A stretch of DNA of 64,000 nt from Hyphomonadaceae bacterium (GTDB taxonomy: Bacteria; Pseudomonadota; Alphaproteobacteria; Caulobacterales; Hyphomonadaceae): NCBI GenBank assembly GCA_043513745.1, contig CP121341.1:298599-362598 (forward strand). Reading direction: 5' to 3'. The notes under the pieces are model-generated. The model searched no databases. It was not told where the DNA came from and saw only the letters and a program-made list of their open reading frames with translations. Both the position numbers and the translations under genes were made by a program. Every line of letters begins with the position of its first letter. The first letter of the stretch is position 1. This document shows, piece by piece, positions 58,430-64,000 of the stretch.

Positions 58430-59191
58430 GTGTCGGACGAATTGAAATCGCTACAGCGGAAATTGTCAGGCCCGGACTCTACAGAGCAGCACATTCTGCT
58501 TTTGAAGCTTACCGATCTCTTGGAGAATCCCCCGTATTTTGGGGAGAAATGTAATCTGGATGCCGATCAACCTCCTCGCAAATGGTTGGCTAAAGCTCGT
58601 GCCTTGCTTCAACGCTTGGACTCTATCAAAACTATCGAGTTCGACGCAACTTTTCGTATGCTCTCTCAGCATTGGTCCTGGGGAATTAATAATATCAAAG
58701 GACAGATTCAAAATTCGACCGAAGAGCTTTTGCTCGCGTTGGAGTTAGAAGGACGTTCCGATATCGGCCTAGCTTTTGAGCCCGGGGATACCTACAAGTT
58801 TTTCAGCGCATTGAAGAAAATAGTCGAAGACGCTGAAGAGGCTGTTTGGATCATCGATCCTTACTTCGATGGTGAGGCATTCGACAATTATCTTTCAGGG
58901 GCTTCCGCGAGCCTCAATATTCGCATTCTCGCGGACCGTTATTCGAAGGACGTTTCTGTCTATGTGCGAAAGCACGCTGAGCAATTCAGCTCGGTCATCG
59001 AGCTGGCGTCGAGCAAAGAGCTGCACGATCGCGTAATTATTATCGATGAAAGAGACGTTTGGATAATGGGCGCATCGATTAAAGACGCTGGAAAAAAGGC
59101 CACATACCTCATTCCATTACATGGTGACATATCCTCAGATAAAATCGACACCTACCAGCAAATTTGGTCGCGCGCGAAGCGAATTGAGTGA
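58430..59191 (+). CDS. Hypothetical protein with C-terminal PLD-like nuclease-fold domain
   Basis: VWIIDPYFD..LHDRVIIID..MGASIKDAG; GTG start after GGAG. Confidence 0.6.
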   Translation: MSDELKSLQRKLSGPDSTEQHILLLKLTDLLENPPYFGEKCNLDADQPPRKWLAKARALLQRLDSIKTIEFDATFRMLSQHWSWGINNIKGQIQNSTEELLLALELEGRSDIGLAFEPGDTYKFFSALKKIVEDAEEAVWIIDPYFDGEAFDNYLSGASASLNIRILADRYSKDVSVYVRKHAEQFSSVIELASSKELHDRVIIIDERDVWIMGASIKDAGKKATYLIPLHGDISSDKIDTYQQIWSRAKRIE

Positions 59192-59295
59192 TGTAGCGTC
59201 CTCGTCCGCATTTGGGATCAAACAACGATCTGCTTATGTCCGCTAATGGGAAGTTCCAGCCCCATCCGAAACCGCCCCGATCTAGTCTCTGGCGT

Positions 59296-60609
59296 TTACA
59301 CATTCCCGACAAGCAGCTCGCGTCTCGCCTGCACGCCAGAACTGATGCTCGCGATCAATGCTTCAGGCACCGTGTTGTCAGCCAACTTTGTAATCGCATC
59401 CAATGCACCCGGAATTGCTGCGTTCAATTCTTCACAAAGTTGGTCCACCACACCTTTCGGCAAGCCAGCCGCTTCAGCCGTCTGCTCAAAATGGCGTTTT
59501 GAAATTCGCATAATCTGATAGCGATTATTGTCGCCGAGAGACATCGCTAGTTTGTAACGATTGTGAGCGATCCAACCATCGTCCACAATCGGCTGTGCGG
59601 AAATAATGTCGTACAGAGGCGCTAGGACAAAGCGCCCATTTGGGCGAAGCTGAATGGAAAAATTCTTTGCGTGCCCATCGGTGGCTCCGATGAGCCAGAA
59701 TACCAATTGAGCGCGAAAGAATGCCAGGCGGTCTTCATTTGGTGTGTCGCTCTCCTTCAAGCGGTCCAGAATATCTAAGACCCCGGGTCCTCCATCACGT
59801 TGGTACTTTCTCGTCGATGGAACCGACATGGCTTGACAGAAATCTTCTTGTGGAAGTCGGAGCAATCGACCGTCTTCGGTCCAAAGCCGGTCGAACCGCG
59901 TTACACTGAGCGTGAGCTGATCTTCAAAGCTCTCGATTGCCGCGTCGGCGACTTCCAGGCCCAGCGCACGACAAAACTCCATACAGACATATTCATTCTG
60001 AACGCTGTCATTCAGGTCAATATCATCGTGGATGACGCCGATAGCGGGTTTCAAAATATGCGTTGTGGCCGTCGTACCAATCGGCCGATGCCAAACACCA
60101 TCTTTCCTCAACAGCGCAGTCTTATCCTGCGCGCCAGCAATCGAGATCCGAAAGTCTTCATCCTCGCGGTCAAGACCAAGTGGATTGACGCGGAGCCCGC
60201 GGATCAACTGGGCTATTTGTGCTTCGGACAGTTGTTCGCCCTGCACATCGCCGGCCTGACCCGGGTCCTCGTCATCGACCAGAAACTGAAGCGCTCCAAC
60301 ACAATCGCGACCCGCCACTGATAAGAGAGAAAACGCATCCGTTCCCTCAGCGCCAAGGCGTTCAGCCACATTGCGTCGGACGCGTTCTGCATCCGGCAGA
60401 AGGTTTTCAAAGACATTCACGACCTCCGCGCCGCGCCATGTTCGTTCGGCGAGCGGAAGCGACGTCGAGACCGGCATGGCATGTTCCCAGGCCAGCCATT
60501 CGGGATTGTAGGCAAAGCTGATGGCACCGCTGGCAGCCTGCTCCAAGCGGCCAACTAAGCGCGCATTCAAGAACACATTGAGGCGTCGGGTCTGAGATCG
60601 ACGCGGCAT
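59296..60609 (-). CDS. hipA: HipA-family kinase toxin
   Basis: SIAGAQDKT, HILKP, RFDR, QEDFCQA, DGHAKNFS, APLYD. Confidence 0.95.
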   Translation of the reverse strand: MPRRSQTRRLNVFLNARLVGRLEQAASGAISFAYNPEWLAWEHAMPVSTSLPLAERTWRGAEVVNVFENLLPDAERVRRNVAERLGAEGTDAFSLLSVAGRDCVGALQFLVDDEDPGQAGDVQGEQLSEAQIAQLIRGLRVNPLGLDREDEDFRISIAGAQDKTALLRKDGVWHRPIGTTATTHILKPAIGVIHDDIDLNDSVQNEYVCMEFCRALGLEVADAAIESFEDQLTLSVTRFDRLWTEDGRLLRLPQEDFCQAMSVPSTRKYQRDGGPGVLDILDRLKESDTPNEDRLAFFRAQLVFWLIGATDGHAKNFSIQLRPNGRFVLAPLYDIISAQPIVDDGWIAHNRYKLAMSLGDNNRYQIMRISKRHFEQTAEAAGLPKGVVDQLCEELNAAIPGALDAITKLADNTVPEALIASISSGVQARRELLVGNV

Positions 60610-60854
60610 TAGAACAAGTCCGCAAAGTCGGCGGCGCTACCACGTTTCGAGACAACGAGTTCCAGTTTCAGCGCGGTCAGCGCATCGAAGAAGACTTCCA
60701 TACGTGTGGCGGGCTCGCCCGCTTCAAGTTTGGAAACGGTTGCTTGGCGAACATTCATCCGGGATGCGAGTTCGGTTTGCGACCAGCCGCGCGCTTTGCG
60801 CGCTTTGCGCACCAGATCGCCCGCCATTCGAGGGCTTCTAACGAGATCAACCAT
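60609..60854 (-). CDS. hipB: HipB-like HTH antitoxin
   Basis: WSQTELASRMNVRQATVSKLEAG; TAATG coupling to hipA. Confidence 0.9.
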   Translation of the reverse strand: MVDLVRSPRMAGDLVRKARKARGWSQTELASRMNVRQATVSKLEAGEPATRMEVFFDALTALKLELVVSKRGSAADFADLF

Positions 60855-60864
60855 TCACACACTC

Positions 60865-60936
60865 CATACGCGTTCGCGAATAAAGCTAATATATACGCTA
60901 ATACGTATAATTCAAGTTAATACGTGAACCCGTATA
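60865..60936. promoter_or_regulatory. Three HipB-type operators TATAC-N8-GTATA at a 27-bp period
   Basis: CATAC-N8-GAATA 60865, TATAC-N8-GTATA 60892, AATAC-N8-GTATA 60919. Confidence 0.7.
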
Positions 60937-60972
60937 GAAATCTCACTCTACTAATTGCGAAGAGTCGCTTAA

Positions 60973-61812
60973 TCAAGCCGCCGCCCGATCCGGTCCGACA
61001 TGACCGCCAAGTAGTTCCACCAAATATCCACCATCGCGCAATGCTTCAGCTTTCTGAACAAGATACTTCACAGCGTCTTTCATATGCCCGCTTAGCCACT
61101 CAGCATCGACTTTAGTCTTGCCGTAAAGGACGATGGCAATCTCCCTACGGCTCATTCCAAGTTTTAGCGAGTCGAGCACGATCAATCCGTCTCGTAACAT
61201 ATGAGTACGCTTCGTCCATTTTGGTGTCTCCGCTTCGGGATCATTTCCGAAAACGCGCATACCTTCCTGCTGCGCTTTGACTTTGCGATCATAGCTTTCG
61301 AAATCGGAGATCTGCAGTTTCATGCGAACTGGCTCCATCCCAAGCAAAGATATGCCGTGACAACGGGTCTGGAACACGCAGCCATTGCCGCGATTCAGCA
61401 GGAATTCTCGTCCGATGGAATCTGTAAAATGAGAAATCCGAACGAGTGCGACACTGGTGTCATAGATTTCGCAAGTCTCATTCTCTCCCCTCGGAATGAC
61501 ATTGATTTCCACCTGGTCTGGAAATGCTTTTTCATTCCAGACCACGTCTGCGTCGATGGCGTTCTTGGATGGATCGGGCATCATGATGAGGCCCCAGCGT
61601 TCTGCCACGGTTTGCGGTACGCGTGATTTCAAAACGCGTATATTATGGCAGACGGTCCGCTCGGAAATGTCGTTTTGATCGAATGCGCTCGCGTCTTCGA
61701 GAAACTCTTCGTTTCGTCGCAAGTATTCCCAGGCCCATCGGTCGGATGTCATCCGCCATAGGTAGTCGTAGCGTTTCAGCACACCGTTAGATTTCAAAGT
61801 GTAAGTCTTCAC
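60973..61812 (-). CDS. FseA-like activator (DUF6499 + DUF2285) in a single reading frame
   Basis: WAWEYLRRN, RWGL..PDP, LD....GMSRREIAIVLYG..W..MK..V..LV..A..L..GGY; GTG 61812 after GGGGAGG. Confidence 0.8.
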   Translation of the reverse strand: MKTYTLKSNGVLKRYDYLWRMTSDRWAWEYLRRNEEFLEDASAFDQNDISERTVCHNIRVLKSRVPQTVAERWGLIMMPDPSKNAIDADVVWNEKAFPDQVEINVIPRGENETCEIYDTSVALVRISHFTDSIGREFLLNRGNGCVFQTRCHGISLLGMEPVRMKLQISDFESYDRKVKAQQEGMRVFGNDPEAETPKWTKRTHMLRDGLIVLDSLKLGMSRREIAIVLYGKTKVDAEWLSGHMKDAVKYLVQKAEALRDGGYLVELLGGHVGPDRAAA

Positions 61813-62117
61813 TATCCCAGCCTCCCCAGCTTGAAAGCAGCGCCGCAATGAAAATGCCATCGCCGAGCCTTGGACGGGCCGGAGTGTTAACAAAACAAGT
61901 CCAGATATTAACCTTTGGACATAAGTTTGGTCCGACTTCAGTTTCGGACACGAATTCACTGTTTCATTTTGAAATTTAGCCCTCTGTCTCAAGTCTAGTT
62001 TGCAAACGGTTGCAGCTAATGGCTCGAGTTCGCATTTAATGGCCCGCGCTCTCACTCATCAGGGTTGAATCTATCCTCCAGTCTGGTCCTCGAAATCAAT
62101 GCAAAAGGACCTCCCCG

Positions 62118-63113
62118 ATGGCGCAGCTCGCCCGCAACGCAGAGACCGACTCACGGCGCACAAACATGCTTCGTACGGCATTCTGCCCTGTGGTGCGCGC
62201 TGCGCTGGAGGATCCGGGCGTTATCGAAGTCATGGCAAATCCGGACGGGAGTATCTGGCTGGAACGAGTCGGACTTGGCCTTACAGTTTCTGATGACAAT
62301 CTTAGCGCTTGTGATCGCGAACGGGTTATTCGGCTAGTTGCATCATCGATTGGAGAAACCGCCCGCTCGACTTCCCCTATCATCTCGGCTGAGTTGCCAG
62401 AGGGCGGCGAACGGTTTGAAGGGCTATTGCCACCCGTCTCGATGCAACCCTGCTTTTCGATCCGTAAGCCAGCCTCATCTCCGCTCAGTCTTCACGACTA
62501 TGTTGAGCAAGGCAGCATTGCGCCAGCGGTGGCGCAGTCATTAAAGGCGTCCATCCAAGCCCGCGAGAATATTCTGATCGCGGGCGGCACGTCTTCGGGA
62601 AAAACCACGTTCGCCAATGCTTTGCTTGGCGAACCCGGCATCGAGAAAGATCGCGTCGTCATTCTTGAAGATACGCGCGAGCTGAATTGCAAGAACGCTA
62701 ATAGAGTACAGCTCCGGACAAGAGGTGATCAGGTCACCCTAAGAGACCTTGTCCGCTCGACCCTGAGATTGAGGCCAGATCGGATCATTGTCGGTGAAGT
62801 GCGCGGCCCAGAGGCGCTCGATCTTCTCAAAGCCTGGAACACAGGTCACCCGGGCGGTCTTACGACACTGCATGCCAACTCAGCGCTCGGCGCGCTGCGA
62901 CGTCTGGAGCAGCTGGCACTCGAAGCCACACCGCGCATGCCGCATGAGCTGATCGCCGAAGCGATTGATGTCGTTGTTTTTATGTCGCGAGAGAATGGTG
63001 TTCGGCGCGTGACCGAAGCCATTCGTGTGCTCGGGTTTGACGGCGAGACTTACGAGACTGAACCGCTCACCGGACGCTCATTTTCTCTTATTCAACAAGG
63101 AGTTTCGCAATGA
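62118..63113 (+). CDS. trbB: Conjugal transfer ATPase TrbB (VirB11 family)
   Basis: GGTSSGKTT, LEDTREL, LRLRPDRIIVGEVRG, TGHPGG. Confidence 0.95.
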   Translation: MAQLARNAETDSRRTNMLRTAFCPVVRAALEDPGVIEVMANPDGSIWLERVGLGLTVSDDNLSACDRERVIRLVASSIGETARSTSPIISAELPEGGERFEGLLPPVSMQPCFSIRKPASSPLSLHDYVEQGSIAPAVAQSLKASIQARENILIAGGTSSGKTTFANALLGEPGIEKDRVVILEDTRELNCKNANRVQLRTRGDQVTLRDLVRSTLRLRPDRIIVGEVRGPEALDLLKAWNTGHPGGLTTLHANSALGALRRLEQLALEATPRMPHELIAEAIDVVVFMSRENGVRRVTEAIRVLGFDGETYETEPLTGRSFSLIQQGVSQ

Positions 63114-63442
63114 TCAATGATCATATCCGATCCATTCACCGAATAACTAAGCTTGGGACCGCGCTTACCATTAGCACCTTGCTCAGCGCACCTGCCTGGG
63201 CCGCTGGTTCCGGCATGCCGTGGGAAGGTCCACTCGATCAGATCCTACAGTCCATTGAAGGCCCAGTTGCACGAATTGTTGCTGTGATCATTATCACGCT
63301 GACCGGTCTTGCACTGGCCTTTGGTGAAACATCCGGCGGAATGCGCAAGCTCATTCAGATCGTTTTCGGGCTCTCCATCGCGTTCGCGGCGACGAGCTTC
63401 TTTCTCACCTTCTTCGCGTTCGGCGGCGGAGCCCTGGTCTAA
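63110..63442 (+). CDS. trbC: Pilin TrbC (VirB2)
   Basis: AWAAGSGMPWEGPL..SIEGPVA..GLALAFG. Confidence 0.93.
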   Translation: MINDHIRSIHRITKLGTALTISTLLSAPAWAAGSGMPWEGPLDQILQSIEGPVARIVAVIIITLTGLALAFGETSGGMRKLIQIVFGLSIAFAATSFFLTFFAFGGGALV

Positions 63443-63696
63443 TGCGCGAAGGCTATGAACTCCCCGTGCATCGCTCACTGACTGAACCGATCCTGATGGC
63501 TGGCGCGCCAAGAAGTGCGGCCATCTTGATCGGAACGCTCGCTGCCGTCCTCGCGCTCGGCCTGCGCCTATGGATCCCGGGCCTGATTTTCTGGGCGCTC
63601 GGGCACTCGGCGGCGGTCTTCATGGCGCGCTCCGACCCGGACTTCATGGCCGTTTCTTCTCGTTCCACCCGTCACAAGGCGTATCTCTCATGCTGA
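63442..63696 (+). CDS. trbD: TrbD (VirB3)
   Basis: PVHRSLTEPILMAGAPR..DP. Confidence 0.92.
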   Translation: MREGYELPVHRSLTEPILMAGAPRSAAILIGTLAAVLALGLRLWIPGLIFWALGHSAAVFMARSDPDFMAVSSRSTRHKAYLSC

Positions 63697-64000
63697 ACCT
63701 GAAAGAATTTTCCGAGACGCCGCGAATGCTGGCCGACTACTTGCCCTGGGCCTGCCTGGTCGCTCCCGGTGTGGTGCTCAACAAGGATGGAAGCTTCCAA
63801 ACCACGTTTCGGTATCGCGGTCCCGATCTAGAAAGTTCGACCGAGGATCAGCTGGTGTCTGTCACTGCGCGGGTGAACAATGTTCTGCGCCGTTTTGGAT
63901 CAGGCTGGGCGCTATTCTTCGAGGCCCAGCGCGAAGAGGCTCACGATTATCCCGAATGCAATTTTCCGGATGCTGCGTCCTGGCTCGTCGATCAAGAACG
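63690..64000 (+). CDS. trbE: TrbE (VirB4), 5' part only
   Basis: Manual translation MLNLKEF..LADYLPWACLVAPGVVLNKDGSFQTTFRYRGPDLES..NNVLRRFGSGWALFFEA. Confidence 0.93.
   Translation, partial: MLNLKEFSETPRMLADYLPWACLVAPGVVLNKDGSFQTTFRYRGPDLESSTEDQLVSVTARVNNVLRRFGSGWALFFEAQREEAHDYPECNFPDAASWLVDQE

Larger units (their letters stand above)
47305..64000. mobile_element. Integrative conjugative element (Tn4371/ICESym-like trb system) at the tRNA 3' end; other end outside the window
   Basis: Integrase abutting the tRNA; traG, relaxase, traF, parB, ardA, DUF736, trbBCDE. Confidence 0.92.

Overview
Alphaproteobacterial chromosome segment; the gene content is consistent with Caulobacterales/Hyphomonadaceae (inference). 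Positions 1-47.2 kb are mostly housekeeping: an NSS-family transporter, mreBCD-mrdA-rodA, leuA with a Leu-rich leader, class I lysS, infC-rpmI-rplT-pheS-[inserted gene]-pheT, clpS-clpA, a phasin, a Kef-type antiporter, and a TIR-FGE / tandem-SLATT-like / DUF900-OmpA trio. Between lysS and an alpha/beta hydrolase lies a three-gene array in which each gene is bounded by a ~30-bp TGTCCGCT..AGCGGACA hairpin. Three of the four hairpins carry a stem mismatch at the same position. An IS30 element sits in the loop of the fourth hairpin with a 2-bp target duplication. From a tRNA(CAT) at 47228-47304 to the window end is the left part of a conjugative integrative element of the Tn4371/ICESym-like trb type. 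It carries a tyrosine integrase whose ORF reads through the att site into the tRNA antisense, an overlapping xis-like gene, copG, traG, a relaxase, a putative oriT, traF, an rdfS-like gene, and a leading region (DUF736, parB, ardA) with two long ssDNA-promoter-like hairpins. It also carries HEPN-like, bactofilin-like and PLD-like cargo, hipBA, an in-frame FseA-like activator and trbBCDE'. All family assignments come from motif recognition by eye; no database searches were run.
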